Assembly: GCA_964521955.1 (NCBI GenBank)
Contig: CAZFTX010000001.1
Location: 42,386-106,385 of the forward strand
Length of the DNA stretch: 64,000 bases
DNA from: an uncultured Candidatus Saccharibacteria bacterium
Lineage (GTDB): Bacteria > Patescibacteriota > Doudnabacteria > UBA920
Direction of reading: 5' to 3'
In this document: piece after piece, positions 17,140 to 28,357 of the stretch
Layout of the letters: each line of letters opens with the position of its first letter
Position numbering within the stretch: the first letter of the stretch is position 1
Made by a program: the position numbers and the translations under genes
The notes under the pieces: generated by a model
What the model was told of the DNA's origin: nothing
The model's database searches: none
Seen by the model: the letters and a program-made list of their open reading frames with translations, nothing else

Positions 17140-20100
17140 TTAATCATCTAAAGATATATTTTGATTCACTACGCCTTGATTGTCTACTTTTATTATCTGA
17201 TTTTTCAACAAAATAACTTTATCTTCAACTGTCTGCATTACCCTAAGTATATATTCCCCTTTTGGCGCTTTTAAGAAAAATCTTCCTTTTTCATTTGTCA
17301 TTGCCTTACCCAATACAACAGAGGGGATTGATTTAGGACTAATCTCAATTATTAAGAAGTGTGTAGGATGATTTTGGCTAGTTAAGGAGCCCCAAAGTTT
17401 ACGATGTGGAATAAACCTTTTTAGAACAAATAATAACCCAAAAACACTCACAAAAATTAAGCCAAATAAATTTGGTTTCAACAACAGAGTCAGAAGGGAA
17501 AAACTTGCACTTCCCCAAAATATTATTTCAAGAATCACATGAAAGAAAGTTTCTAAACGTGGATGGAAATTTACATATTTTAACTTACCAGTCTGGTTCC
17601 AATCAAATGCTAAAGGGTCCATGGGAATATTCGGTGACAATACTTCCCCACTTTTTGTAATTTGCATTAATTCACCATGATATAAATTATCAAAAACCCC
17701 GTCCATTTTACCCAAAATCCTAACAGAAGGAAATTGATAATTGGTTTTTTTTGCTTTTATCAAAAAATTTCCTGGCTTATCCATAAAACCAAAACGTCCG
17801 CTTAAATCGGTTATGGCTTGCTCCGTAACTTTACCTGTTTCAAAATTTATCATTTCTACAATTACTGGATCCAAAGGCTGCTTAGTAACAGAGTCATACA
17901 CTGTACCCCAATAGCGACGTCTTCGTCTTAAACCAAAACTACTCATTAAACCTTGTAATGTCGCAACAATATGGAGCCAAAATTCGGTTAAATTGGTAAA
18001 GTTACCAAGCAACCCATATTTTGCCAAACTATATTCCATTACCAAAGAAGAAGGCGCTACAACCAAAGCAGAAACTGAAACTGCTAATTTTGTTTCAAAT
18101 TCTTGTAAAAATAAAGTACTTCCTTGTTTTAGAATTTTTTCTAAAGGTTGTATTGAAGTCTTGGAAACTGTAACTATTGTATCCTTAATAAAGTTGCCGG
18201 CGCTACTCAAACCTGAAACTAAGCCTTCTGAAACCGAAGCTACACTACTGGAAATGTTTTCAAATAAATTTGCTAAAGGTAGGTTGTTTGAAAGAGGCCC
18301 AGGACTAGCATCTGGCACTGGGGGAGTGTTTTGAGGAACCACCACTACAGGAGTTTCAATAGGTGGGTTTTCAATAACAACCACGGGAGGAGAAACTTGT
18401 GGCTCAACAACATTTACCAGTGCATCTTCAGCAGGTTCAACCAACACGCTAGCAAAACTTTCTACACTATTTACACCTCTCGTAACTTTAACTCTTATAG
18501 TATAAGCACCCGCTTTTGCAAAATTACAAACATTTCTATGAGTAACAAATTCGTTAGTTGTTCTTCGGGTTAACTCGTAAATGCCGTCATTTGTACAGTC
18601 ATACTCATAAGTAATTTGCCCTTTTGCTGTCCCAGAAACCGCAACTCTTAAACTTACGTTATTTAAAGGCTCCTCCCCAACCAATTTATCTGACCAAATC
18701 TTGCGATCCTTAGAAACAGTTAGTATAGCTGCTAAGGGCAAATTTTCAACCAAAGGAGGGTTAGGAGTTGGAGTTTTATCTTTAACCAAAAGCTGAATAC
18801 CGGAACTCACAGTTTGTTTTGCTTGCATTTGACTATTAAAATATTTTACATAAACTGTATAAAAACCAGCTCGACATGTTTTTTGTTCACACAAATTCCA
18901 CTGAGTGGACGTTGTGAATAATTGCAAAACCGCATTTTTAAAATCTGGCGTGTTTGAAATTGCCATATATGCAGTATCTGCGGTCGCTTGAAGAGTTAAA
19001 GTAGTTAGACTATCTACAGTTGTGCTCGCTCCAGCGTTTATAACTACACCAAATCCTCCCTCTAAAGGAGTTGGTACACCACCACCACCTCCGCCTCCTC
19101 CACCGCCTCCAGACCCTTCATCGTCTAAAGTGGAACAAGCAGCTGTTGACTGAGTTGTTGTTGAAGTGTAAGCAGTTTCTATATCACTACTGTTTCTAGC
19201 TTTAACTACAAAATCATATGAAGTACCACAAGTCAAGCCAGAAAAAATCTGAGATGTTGAAGAGCTCCAATCAGGACTAGTTGATGCAGTTGCATTTAAA
19301 ACATAGTATTCTGTCCCTGCCGGATTACTATTTGCATTCCACGAAGCAGTCAACTGTGTTTGAGAGTCTTGATTTAGACTTAAAGAAGTTGGTAAGTTTG
19401 CCAAAGTATAAATTGAAATTGTGACAGTAGAAGCATAATTACCGGCAACATCAAACACGTCGGCATAGAAGGTATAGGGAGTATTGGGAGTTAAGCCAGA
19501 AGAAAGCCAAGACAAAGCAGAAGTCGCGGAAGAATTTGTACCTGTAGTGGAGTTATTAAAAACGTAAGAAGCTGTTGCCAAACCAGACAAAGAATCCGAA
19601 GCTCCTGAAATTGTGGCCGTCAAAGAAGTTGGTGAGGTAGTTGCTAAAGTCAAACTACCTGCAGTAGGAACGACAGTGTCTAACTTAAAAGCAACCGCAC
19701 CAGAATTAGCTGTAGCATATGAAGAATTGGCTCCCAAATTATCTATAGTTTTCACTCGCCAATAATAACCATCTGAAGAATCGCTTAAAACCTGTCCAGT
19801 TGTACCCGTTGTGTAAGTTCCCGTACTGGTTGCTTGCCCAACTGTAAAACTAGCGCTACCTTGAGTCGCTGTTGCCGAAGTATAATCCAATAACAAAGTA
19901 GAAAAAGAGGAACTTGTAGAAATTTCAATCTTATATCGCACCGTATTGCCAACATCAGGGTCAGTAAGATTGAAAGTAAAAGTAGGAGTATTATCGTTTA
20001 TCCAACTTCCACCCACAACCGTTGATGGCCCAAGCGAAGTTGGGCTATTGGGTGCGTTATCAGAAATTAAGCTTAACTCTGGTAAATTTGCATACGAATC

Positions 20101-23100
20101 CAATACTGTCCCATCACTGTAAACCATCCTAAAATAATACGTTGCACCAAGTACGACATTACTTGGATCCAATACCCAATCATACTCTATATACTGTCCG
20201 GCATTTACCGCAAAAGGGTTTAAAGCTGTTGGATTCCCTTCCTGATAGGAACCTAAAATATCGGACGAAGGAAGTAAAACTGTAGAAATAGTTGTCGAAG
20301 AAGTTACTGAAGCATTATTATAAAAGTTCCATTGTGTACTGGTTGCACTTTGTTCCGTCTCAAAAGTACTGAAAATTCCTGCACCATTTTTATATTCTGC
20401 CTGTATCCAGCTTGGAGAGCGCACACTTGAAGAAAATCTTAATTCGTCAATTACTCCTGAAAAAAAGCCCATACCAGAAGCGCTGTTTGATCCAAAATAA
20501 TATCGGTCACCACCCGTCCAAAGCGTTGCTATAGAAGCAGCGGTTCCTTCTTCAACTCCGTTTAAATATACCCTCATATTTCCGCTGTTTTGTGCGACAG
20601 CTGTAACATAATACCAATTTGAAGGAGTTAATACGGTAGTTCCAAATACCGTTTTTGTTCCACCGTCAAAGGTATAAGATTCTATTGTGCCGGTAGCATT
20701 CATTCTCAACTGGTGTGACCAAGCAGCACCTGGTCCCGCGCTAGTAGTCCTCACAAAAATATTTATAGCAGTCGCATCAACCGGTTTAATCCATGCTGAA
20801 ATTGTATATGCAGTCGGATCCGTAGCATCGTTAATAATCACCCTATCATTGGAACCATCAAAATATTGTGCGCCATCCGAAATTTCAGTAGATGTGGCAT
20901 TTGGCTCAGTTGTTGAAAGCTTGGTTCCAATAATATTATTTGAAGTTGAGTCGTCTATAGTAGTGGTTGCAGTAGTGTCGTTTAAATGATGGACAAATCT
21001 AAAACCGCTATCCCATACCCCAGTCGTTGTAGAATTATCTGTCGCTCCCGGATTGTTATAATACATCCAAATATAATCGGTACTTGAAGCGCTACTAATT
21101 TGCGGAACTTTTACCCATACTGTTGAAGTTGAAGTTTCGTCCCATTTTTCAATTTCATAATTCAATAGAGTTGACCCGTCTGAGTCAACAAAACGAATAT
21201 CTTGTCCACTGTTTTGGGTTTTACTGTAATCAATATTACTACTTTCATTTAAATTAACCAGTACAGGAAAATCTGTTAAATTTTCGGTTGCAGAAGAATT
21301 ATTAAATACAATTTTCCTTCTATTTAACCAACTGTGGTCATACCATTCATCCGGATTTATACTAACATCGTTCCAATTTGAATTCGTGTATGACGAAACC
21401 TGAAGTTTAAAATTTGAAGTTGTAGTTGATAAATTATAATCGCTAACTAATAAATTCATTCTAAGCCTAATAGGACTTGATGTAGAAATTATTACCACAG
21501 ACGAATTCAAAGCACCTATATCTACTGTTGGCTGTAATTGGTTAATATTTTCATAAAATCTATAATCTCCTTGAGAAATAACCGCTTCAAAAATCCAGCC
21601 CTCATTATTACCCGAATCTGTTGAGTAAGTGCTTTGAGCATTAATATCTGAAGCATTGATATTGTAGGAATCTTTAACATCCAAATAAGAAATGCTTTCT
21701 GTGGCCTGCGAGTCTATCCTGGCTTGGGTGCCTGAGGCAGTACTTCGGATTGATAATACTCCCCCGCTTGCGCCGGTTAAAGTTAAGGTATTGGCAATCG
21801 TCTGAGTAGAAGTTGCGCTAAAGTACAGTGTAGCGGCCGTGGTGCTAGATTTGGTTAAATTATAATAAGTGGAAGTTCCAAAAATATATTGGTCAACGCC
21901 ATTTAAGTTAACAGTACCGTTATTATGGGTAAAGGTACTGGCGTCATTAAAAAAGTTTCCGGCAATATTCAAAGTAGAGGAAGTAGCTGTATAAGTCCCG
22001 CCACCAGATAAAGTCAAATGTTTATAATTGTAGTCTTTTATACTGACACTACTAGAAGTTGAATAAATGGCAGTTGAACCGCTTTGAAATTCTGGATAGG
22101 AACTATTAGTAGTAATAGTCTCCCCTCCCTGAAGTTTAAAAGTACCTCCGTCTTGAACTATTAATGTCCCGGAAGAACCGTTAACTGTAAGATTATATCC
22201 GTTAATATTAAAAGCACCCTCTACTATATTCAAGTCCTGCGAAGCTGCATCTAAAGTCAAAGCTGAGACTAACTGGACTTCGCCCCCTGATTTGTTAACA
22301 GTAATATCCCCATTGAAAATCCCTGTCGCACCAGTAAGATCAAATGTTTGTGTCGCTGAACCACCAAATGTTAGGGCTGTAGTACCGCCGTCAAAACCAG
22401 ACAAAATCCGAACACTCCCCCTTGCTTCCACGGTACCTGTATTCAAACTTCCGTCGGATAAAATTAAATCACCAGTAGCAACTAAAGTGTCATCAGAAGT
22501 AATTGTCCTAGAATAATTTCCCACTGAATTGTTAAACTGGAGTCTTTCAAAAGTCTGACTAGAATTAATATTAATAATACGACCACCTCCATCAGCGGGT
22601 CCAAAAACTGTAGATGAAGCGGAAACAAAAGTTCCCCCAGAAATTGTAAAGTAATCAGTAAAAGTTGTGGTGCTATTGCTACCCACAAAAGAACCGCCAG
22701 ATAAAGTAAAAGAACCAGAAAGTGTAAAAGTATAATTTCCTTGAGTATAAGTCCCGGCCGCCTGCTCCCAACTACCAGAGCCACCACTTCCAATAGTAAC
22801 AGCATAATTTCCAGCATTAGAAATTGGTATAGTACCCAAAAAATCAGGGGTAGTAGTAACACCAAAAAGAGAACTTGCCGTATTAAATAATATAGTATCC
22901 GTTGCGTCCGCTGCACTATTTAATCTTACTATCAAACCCGAACCTCCACTCAAAGACAAAGTTTGATTGACACTATCATTACCAAAATCCAAAACTGTTG
23001 TACCCCCGTCAAATGTAGAAGATTGATAAATATTACCCCTAACATCGACAGTGCCTGTATTCAAACTTCCGTCGGATAAAATTAAATCACCAGTTACAAT

Positions 23101-25749
23101 TAAAGTATCCCCTGATGTAATTGTTCTAGAATAATTTCCCACTGAATTGTTAAACTGGAGTCTTTCAAAAGTCTGACTAGAATTAATATTAATAATACGA
23201 CCACCTCCATCAGCGGGTCCAAAAACTGTAGATGAAGCGGAAACAAAAGTTCCCCCAGAAATTGTAAAGTAATCAGTAAAAGTTGTGGTGCTTGACCCTC
23301 CAACAAAAGTTCCGGAAGCCATTGTAAAATTTCCAATAACAGTAAAAGTATACCCATTTCCCTGAGTAAGCGTACCTGTATAACCTGCGGACATTGTAAG
23401 GCCGGCTATTGTGGTTGTGGTTGCTATTGTCGGACTACAATTAGTTACACAAGTATTGTCAAAAGTTGCTGTATCAGATGAACCAGGCACAATGTCACTA
23501 GACCAATTAGCCGCTGTTGTCCACTGAGCATCTCCACCTCCTCCGTCCCAAACGTATGCCGCATTAAAAGCTTCTGCACTCGCATCGCCGAATTGAAAAT
23601 TGAGTTTATGATTTGCGGTCCGCAAATCTAAATGAGAAACAGTTGCCACTTCACTACAATTCCAGTTTGGATAAAAAATTATATCCCCTTCTAAGATTTG
23701 TGCTCCACTAGTCCTATCTTCTTCACCACAAGTTAAAGTTGCAAACTGCATGTCATTTACAGTAGCCTGGTCCGCTGGAGTAATAATTAAATTTTCAGTA
23801 CCAACAGTTGTAAAATCTACATTCCAATATTCTCCCGCCACCGGTTGGGAGTGAATATTTAAAACTTGTATTTCTACTGTTGGGTCAACCACTACAGGAT
23901 AAACTGCTGTTTTTAGCCAGTTTTTATCTGGAGTCAAAGTAAGTAAATTTTTATTTACAGCAAACTTTAAACTCTTACTAATCTCACCTTCACTGTCAAT
24001 CATGTAAGGAGCAGACAAAACATATAAGAGTTTTAAAGACTTTCCTTTATACCCTTTTTCATAAAGTTGAATTTTTGAATCAGACTCCTGTATATAATCA
24101 AATTCATCTAAATTCAATAAATACCTAAAACGACTCGGGTGGTTTTTATTTTTTAAAACAATTGCTTCTTTCAAGCCCGACTCAGTTATCTCATATTCCA
24201 CATCTGTGTTTAAAAATGCTTCTTTATATGCAACTTTGTTATCAAGCCTCTCAGCAGTTGTAGAAGGCCTAGTGCCTGCCATTACCATCTGTAGTTTAGG
24301 AGATTGGTTCAAAGTGTTATTCCCAGAAAAAACAATTGGATTATCCAAATTTCCTGGCAAACTTAAATCCAAAGCCTCATTGGAAAATGACATCTTCAGA
24401 AACCCTTCGGGATCAAGCAACTTCGGAGACATCTCCAAGAGCTCGGTGTCAGTCAATTCACCCTTTTCTTGTTCATATCTAGTTTCCAACCAAACAGAAT
24501 CTAGAAAGAGTAAATCTTGGTTTTCACCTTTAAATTCAAAAGGTAACTGGTAAGAAAGTCTAATTTTCAACTCCGATACAAATTCAAAGAGTGCTTTTGA
24601 TAATGGTATATTAATAAACCCATTGTTCTGCAAATTCGAAACTCCTTTAGTTAAATCTATCTCAACCAATGACTGCCAAGTCGTGCTGGTAGTTTGATAT
24701 TCAACCAAAAGAACCGCTCCCGGCGTTTTTTTAGAAGCTAACGATAAATTTAAAGCAAAGCTTGAAAGAGTTTCGAAATCAAGTAAAGATAAATCTTGTG
24801 AGGAAAAATTAAAATATTCCAGTTTTGGAGAAGAAATTTTAGAATAAGTCTGTATTGGATCAGACTGCTTTTCAGGAATTATTTCTGAATCTTTATCTAA
24901 GATTATTTCCGGATTATTTAATTCACTAATTAAATTTTCAGATTGTGGTGTTGAAGTAGTAATTATTTCTTGAGTAGTGGTAGAAAGAAGTAAGTCATCA
25001 TAAACCAAATTGGTCTCGGTTGATGTTGGAGTTTTTCCAAAACTTTCATTTTCTGAATCACTTAATTCATCAGCGTTTTCTGAAACTAATGCTTTAAATT
25101 TTTGATTGGTTGAAAATAAATCTTTATCATAAAAATTTGTCGTTGTAGAATTTCTCTGTTCCTCAATTTGGGATACAGGTTCTTCTTTTTTATTTTCAAC
25201 ATCTAAATCTGTTTGTACCAAAATAATTTCTTGTGTCCATGCTGTTATTTCTGTTGAGCTACTTTTTACTTCCCCATCTGTTATCTTTTTTTGTTCTTCT
25301 GAAGTTTTATTTAGAGTTGGATCCTTTAATTCAGTTTTTAAATTTTCAGTTTCTAAAACACTGTCCATACTTGAAGTAGACAAAGGAATTTCTAAAGGTT
25401 CAGAAATTTGATTTTCTATTCCATTTTTAAAATTAAGAACCGTAGAATTAAAATCAGTAAACTCACTTAAAGACTGTTCTGGTCCTAAGTCGTTTTTAAA
25501 TGCCTGATTTGGATTTATCCATGAAAGTGTGGAAAGTGTATCTGTTGCAGTTATTGTTACTGAGCCTTTGGGAAAATATTGTTGAATAACAATATTACTT
25601 TCTAAAATTTCCGCATCTTTCAAAGCTTCGTTTGAAATTACCGAGGCAGCAAAAATTTGAGTCGGTATTGAAAATACAAGTAAAAAAATTACAAAATTTT
25701 TACATGTTGTAATGAATGTTTTTTTAATTTTATTTAGAATTATTTTCAC
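17140..25749 (-). CDS. giant (2869 aa) secreted/membrane-anchored surface protein: beta-helix-like repeats, DUF2341-like, LamG/ConA-like, Fn3, PKD-like, C-terminal membrane module
   Basis: Signal-like N-terminus; WDGGGGDAQWTTAANWS; LTDFPVLV…DIRFVDSDG…YEIEKWD…VWVKVP…MYYNN (DUF2341-like); TISAWIKP…WYYVTAV…FSGVIDELRFS (LamG); LTPNTPYTF (Fn3); poly-Gly linker; C-terminal TMs. Confidence 0.85.
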   Translation of the reverse strand: MKIILNKIKKTFITTCKNFVIFLLVFSIPTQIFAASVISNEALKDAEILESNIVIQQYFPKGSVTITATDTLSTLSWINPNQAFKNDLGPEQSLSEFTDFNSTVLNFKNGIENQISEPLEIPLSTSSMDSVLETENLKTELKDPTLNKTSEEQKKITDGEVKSSSTEITAWTQEIILVQTDLDVENKKEEPVSQIEEQRNSTTTNFYDKDLFSTNQKFKALVSENADELSDSENESFGKTPTSTETNLVYDDLLLSTTTQEIITTSTPQSENLISELNNPEIILDKDSEIIPEKQSDPIQTYSKISSPKLEYFNFSSQDLSLLDFETLSSFALNLSLASKKTPGAVLLVEYQTTSTTWQSLVEIDLTKGVSNLQNNGFINIPLSKALFEFVSELKIRLSYQLPFEFKGENQDLLFLDSVWLETRYEQEKGELTDTELLEMSPKLLDPEGFLKMSFSNEALDLSLPGNLDNPIVFSGNNTLNQSPKLQMVMAGTRPSTTAERLDNKVAYKEAFLNTDVEYEITESGLKEAIVLKNKNHPSRFRYLLNLDEFDYIQESDSKIQLYEKGYKGKSLKLLYVLSAPYMIDSEGEISKSLKFAVNKNLLTLTPDKNWLKTAVYPVVVDPTVEIQVLNIHSQPVAGEYWNVDFTTVGTENLIITPADQATVNDMQFATLTCGEEDRTSGAQILEGDIIFYPNWNCSEVATVSHLDLRTANHKLNFQFGDASAEAFNAAYVWDGGGGDAQWTTAANWSSDIVPGSSDTATFDNTCVTNCSPTIATTTTIAGLTMSAGYTGTLTQGNGYTFTVIGNFTMASGTFVGGSSTTTFTDYFTISGGTFVSASSTVFGPADGGGRIININSSQTFERLQFNNSVGNYSRTITSGDTLIVTGDLILSDGSLNTGTVDVRGNIYQSSTFDGGTTVLDFGNDSVNQTLSLSGGSGLIVRLNSAADATDTILFNTASSLFGVTTTPDFLGTIPISNAGNYAVTIGSGGSGSWEQAAGTYTQGNYTFTLSGSFTLSGGSFVGSNSTTTFTDYFTISGGTFVSASSTVFGPADGGGRIININSSQTFERLQFNNSVGNYSRTITSDDTLVATGDLILSDGSLNTGTVEARGSVRILSGFDGGTTALTFGGSATQTFDLTGATGIFNGDITVNKSGGEVQLVSALTLDAASQDLNIVEGAFNINGYNLTVNGSSGTLIVQDGGTFKLQGGETITTNSSYPEFQSGSTAIYSTSSSVSIKDYNYKHLTLSGGGTYTATSSTLNIAGNFFNDASTFTHNNGTVNLNGVDQYIFGTSTYYNLTKSSTTAATLYFSATSTQTIANTLTLTGASGGVLSIRSTASGTQARIDSQATESISYLDVKDSYNINASDINAQSTYSTDSGNNEGWIFEAVISQGDYRFYENINQLQPTVDIGALNSSVVIISTSSPIRLRMNLLVSDYNLSTTTSNFKLQVSSYTNSNWNDVSINPDEWYDHSWLNRRKIVFNNSSATENLTDFPVLVNLNESSNIDYSKTQNSGQDIRFVDSDGSTLLNYEIEKWDETSTSTVWVKVPQISSASSTDYIWMYYNNPGATDNSTTTGVWDSGFRFVHHLNDTTATTTIDDSTSNNIIGTKLSTTEPNATSTEISDGAQYFDGSNDRVIINDATDPTAYTISAWIKPVDATAINIFVRTTSAGPGAAWSHQLRMNATGTIESYTFDGGTKTVFGTTVLTPSNWYYVTAVAQNSGNMRVYLNGVEEGTAASIATLWTGGDRYYFGSNSASGMGFFSGVIDELRFSSSVRSPSWIQAEYKNGAGIFSTFETEQSATSTQWNFYNNASVTSSTTISTVLLPSSDILGSYQEGNPTALNPFAVNAGQYIEYDWVLDPSNVVLGATYYFRMVYSDGTVLDSYANLPELSLISDNAPNSPTSLGPSTVVGGSWINDNTPTFTFNLTDPDVGNTVRYKIEISTSSSFSTLLLDYTSATATQGSASFTVGQATSTGTYTTGTTGQVLSDSSDGYYWRVKTIDNLGANSSYATANSGAVAFKLDTVVPTAGSLTLATTSPTSLTATISGASDSLSGLATASYVFNNSTTGTNSSATSALSWLSSGLTPNTPYTFYADVFDVAGNYASTVTISIYTLANLPTSLSLNQDSQTQLTASWNANSNPAGTEYYVLNATASTSPDWSSSTSQIFSGLTCGTSYDFVVKARNSSDIETAYTSTTTQSTAACSTLDDEGSGGGGGGGGGGGVPTPLEGGFGVVINAGASTTVDSLTTLTLQATADTAYMAISNTPDFKNAVLQLFTTSTQWNLCEQKTCRAGFYTVYVKYFNSQMQAKQTVSSGIQLLVKDKTPTPNPPLVENLPLAAILTVSKDRKIWSDKLVGEEPLNNVSLRVAVSGTAKGQITYEYDCTNDGIYELTRRTTNEFVTHRNVCNFAKAGAYTIRVKVTRGVNSVESFASVLVEPAEDALVNVVEPQVSPPVVVIENPPIETPVVVVPQNTPPVPDASPGPLSNNLPLANLFENISSSVASVSEGLVSGLSSAGNFIKDTIVTVSKTSIQPLEKILKQGSTLFLQEFETKLAVSVSALVVAPSSLVMEYSLAKYGLLGNFTNLTEFWLHIVATLQGLMSSFGLRRRRRYWGTVYDSVTKQPLDPVIVEMINFETGKVTEQAITDLSGRFGFMDKPGNFLIKAKKTNYQFPSVRILGKMDGVFDNLYHGELMQITKSGEVLSPNIPMDPLAFDWNQTGKLKYVNFHPRLETFFHVILEIIFWGSASFSLLTLLLKPNLFGLIFVSVFGLLFVLKRFIPHRKLWGSLTSQNHPTHFLIIEISPKSIPSVVLGKAMTNEKGRFFLKAPKGEYILRVMQTVEDKVILLKNQIIKVDNQGVVNQNISLDD
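22436..23292 (-). repeat. intragenic direct repeat (22436-22674 / 23054-23292, offset 618 nt)
   Basis: Identical 167-nt and 41-nt blocks separated by a diverged 31-nt patch. Confidence 0.9.
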
Positions 25750-26091
25750 TCTTTATGTCTGTAAAAGTTTATCTAAATTTTAAACAATTTTCTCATTTAA
25801 TATATTAATTATGTCATAAAATAATAACTTTTACTGACTAATTTTAATTTGTTTTTTACATTATTTAAAACAATTTTTACATGAAACCAATAAATATTAT
25901 TTTTTAAAATACTTTTAATATTTTACTATGAAAAAGTATAGAAATTATTTAATTTACACCACAAGGTTTTCTTAGATATTTTTTAGAAAATCTCAAACAA
26001 TTATATACAATATATGAAACACGATTTTTCTATAATTTTTACTACATATTAATCATTTATTAGAACATTATTATTGCGAATTATCCACAAC

Positions 26092-26133
26092 AAAAAAACG
26101 CCCTTCCTTAAATGTAAGAAAGGGACGTTTTTT
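26092..26133 (-). terminator. intrinsic terminator after rplA
   Basis: aaaaaacgcccttcctta-aatg-taagaaagggacgtttttt. Confidence 0.7.
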
Positions 26134-26147
26134 ATATAAAACTTAAT

Positions 26148-26831
26148 TTAGAGTTTAATTTTTACCCCAGGGCCCATAGTAGAGTTCAAAGTAATAGAGG
26201 CTATAAACTGACCTTTAAAAGCTGCTGGTTTAGAAGCCATTAAGGCTGAATAAAAAGCTTTTAAATTTTCTAATAGCTTTGAAGTTTCAAAATCGCTTTT
26301 ACCAATAATCTGATGAATGTTACCTGAGTCATCGTTTTTAAAGTTTACTTTACCACCGGCAATTTCCTTTACCAACTCTGCTATATTCTCCCCTACCGTT
26401 CCGGTTTTAGGGTTTGGCATTAGACCCCTAGTTCCTAAAATCTTGGCGATCTGTGCCAATTTTGGCATCATCGCAGGTTCTGCAACGGCTACTTCAAAGT
26501 CAGTCTTTTCAGTTTCTTTAATAGTTTTAACCAACTCTTCGCCACCTACCAAGAAGGCTCCGGCTGCCTTAGCTTCTTTTTCCTTACTTTCGGTAACGAA
26601 AGCCGCTACCTTTTTTGACTTACCTGTTCCGTTTGGAAGCTTGGCTGTACCTCTTACGGCTTGTTCGGTTTTTTTAGCTTCAATGTTAGTTCTGACATGA
26701 ACTTCTATACTACCTACAAACTTAGTATTTGCAGTTTTTTTTGCTAACTCAATACCTTCTTCTGCGCTGTAAACTTTTTCACTGTCAACTAACTCATTGT
26801 TCGCTTTAACTCGCTTTGCTAACTTTGTCAT
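26148..26831 (-). CDS. rplA: 50S ribosomal protein L1
   Basis: VRGTAKLPNGTGK, LGTRGLMPNPKTGTV, STMGPGVKI. Confidence 0.97.
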   Translation of the reverse strand: MTKLAKRVKANNELVDSEKVYSAEEGIELAKKTANTKFVGSIEVHVRTNIEAKKTEQAVRGTAKLPNGTGKSKKVAAFVTESKEKEAKAAGAFLVGGEELVKTIKETEKTDFEVAVAEPAMMPKLAQIAKILGTRGLMPNPKTGTVGENIAELVKEIAGGKVNFKNDDSGNIHQIIGKSDFETSKLLENLKAFYSALMASKPAAFKGQFIASITLNSTMGPGVKIKL

Positions 26832-26844
26832 ATATTTTTTCCTT

Positions 26845-26874
26845 CGTGGTATTCGATCTTAAAGATCTCCCACA
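26845..26874 (-). promoter_or_regulatory. L1-binding autoregulatory leader
   Basis: UGUGGGAGAUC-uuuaa-GAUCGAAUACCACG matches the GUGGGAG…ACCAC pattern of L1 operator sites; directly upstream of rplA. Confidence 0.7.
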
Positions 26875-26963
26875 AATTAATAATTCTTAATTTAATTAAT
26901 TATTTGATTGAATGATTAAATTTTAACAACCTTGTTAATCTTGATCATTCATAGTCAATTGTT

Positions 26964-27320
26964 TTAAACTTCTTTTCTTGCCATTTTCCAATGAAAATAC
27001 CAAACCGGTGTTGCAACCAAAAGCATTGCTAAAGCTTGAGCGGCATCTCTTTGTTTTTGAGAAGAACGTCTTTCTTTAGCTTCTTTTTCGTAAGTAGCCT
27101 TTTCATCTGCCGTACATTCAACCGACTCTCCTGTCATTGAACCTTCTATTTTAACCGGTACACTCCTGGACATACATGGACCATAGTAATAATCCAAAGT
27201 ATCAGCTTTTGTAAACACCCAAGTCTTAAGCGCCATATTAAGAAGCATAATAGCTCCTACTACTGCAATTATTAAAGAAATAACTGAAACTAAATAGAGA
27301 TATGCTTTTTTGAGGGACAT
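26964..27320 (-). CDS. two-TM membrane protein (DUF5671-like)
   Basis: YLYLVSVISL…ALAMLLVATPVWYFHWK. Confidence 0.65.
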   Translation of the reverse strand: MSLKKAYLYLVSVISLIIAVVGAIMLLNMALKTWVFTKADTLDYYYGPCMSRSVPVKIEGSMTGESVECTADEKATYEKEAKERRSSQKQRDAAQALAMLLVATPVWYFHWKMARKEV

Positions 27321-27448
27321 AAAAGTCTCCAAATTATTCTAATTATACTAATTGACCTAAATAAACTCTCAAACTATTAAATTCCAATTTAATATTTGGG
27401 TTTGATATTCTTTTAAAAATAGGTTAATTAAAATTAGAAATTTAATAA

Positions 27449-28207
27449 TTATTTATTTTCTGACTCCATAAATTTTTTAATTTCTTGCACAGTACTCATA
27501 AACTGAGCAGGAAAAATTATAGTAGAATTTTTTTCTATGCTTATTTCTGCCATAGTCTGCAAATTCCTTAACTGCAAAGCTATTGGGTGCGCGGCTATAA
27601 CATCAGCGGCTTCAGAAAGCTTCTGTGCTGACATAAACTCACCCTCAGCGGCAATTATTTTAGCTCTTTTTTCTCGTTCTGCTTCTGCCTGCTTTGCCAT
27701 AGCTCTCTGCATGTTTTCTGGAAGTTCAATATCTTTAATTTCAACTACCGAAACCACCACCCCCCACACTTCAGTATGCTGGTCTAACACTTTCCGAATT
27801 TCAGCGTTAATTGTGTCTCTTTCAGAAAGAATTTCATCTAACTGAAAACGACCGACAATATTCCTTAGGGTGGTTTGCGCAATTTGGTTAATTGCGGACA
27901 TAACATTCTCAATAGAAACTATACTCTTAACAGCGTCCACTATCTGGTAATATGCGACGGCAGAAACATCTACCGAAACATTGTCCTTAGTTATAATTTT
28001 CTGTGGTGGGATTGGCAAGGTAACAGTCCTAAAATCCACTTTTGTCATCCAGGAAATGTAAGGAATAATCCAAGTTAAACCAGGATTTTTTATACCGGTT
28101 ATTTTTCCCAAAACAAACACCACACCCTTTTGGTACTGTTGTACCACTCTAAGACCGGGAATGACAATAAAAAACAGAACTATAAGCACAACCCATAAAA
28201 TAGTCAT
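27449..28207 (-). CDS. SPFH/stomatin (slipin) family protein
   Basis: ITKDNVSV, AQTTLRNIVG, RAMAKQAEAEREKRAKIIAAEGE, LQLRNLQT. Confidence 0.93.
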   Translation of the reverse strand: MTILWVVLIVLFFIVIPGLRVVQQYQKGVVFVLGKITGIKNPGLTWIIPYISWMTKVDFRTVTLPIPPQKIITKDNVSVDVSAVAYYQIVDAVKSIVSIENVMSAINQIAQTTLRNIVGRFQLDEILSERDTINAEIRKVLDQHTEVWGVVVSVVEIKDIELPENMQRAMAKQAEAEREKRAKIIAAEGEFMSAQKLSEAADVIAAHPIALQLRNLQTMAEISIEKNSTIIFPAQFMSTVQEIKKFMESENK

Positions 28208-28357
28208 ATGTTTTATTTAAAAATAAATATCAAGCTTTAAAAATACACAGTCTCGGACAAGAGACAAAAAACATTTTTAATTTTGATTTTTTAAATTTAA
28301 ATTTTACAGATCCGTTACTTTTTTATGCCTTGAGGAATACCTGATCCTAAAAGAATA

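Noticed and set aside
22436-23292. Repeat in the giant protein as a second TR/VR pair
   Set aside because: The nine differences involve all base types with no adenine bias, and both copies are in-frame coding sequence
25750-26089. Very AT-rich spacer with a DnaA box (TTATCCACA 26081-26089) as oriC; another box at 6594-6602
   Set aside because: Single isolated boxes, no box cluster, no dnaA/dnaN nearby
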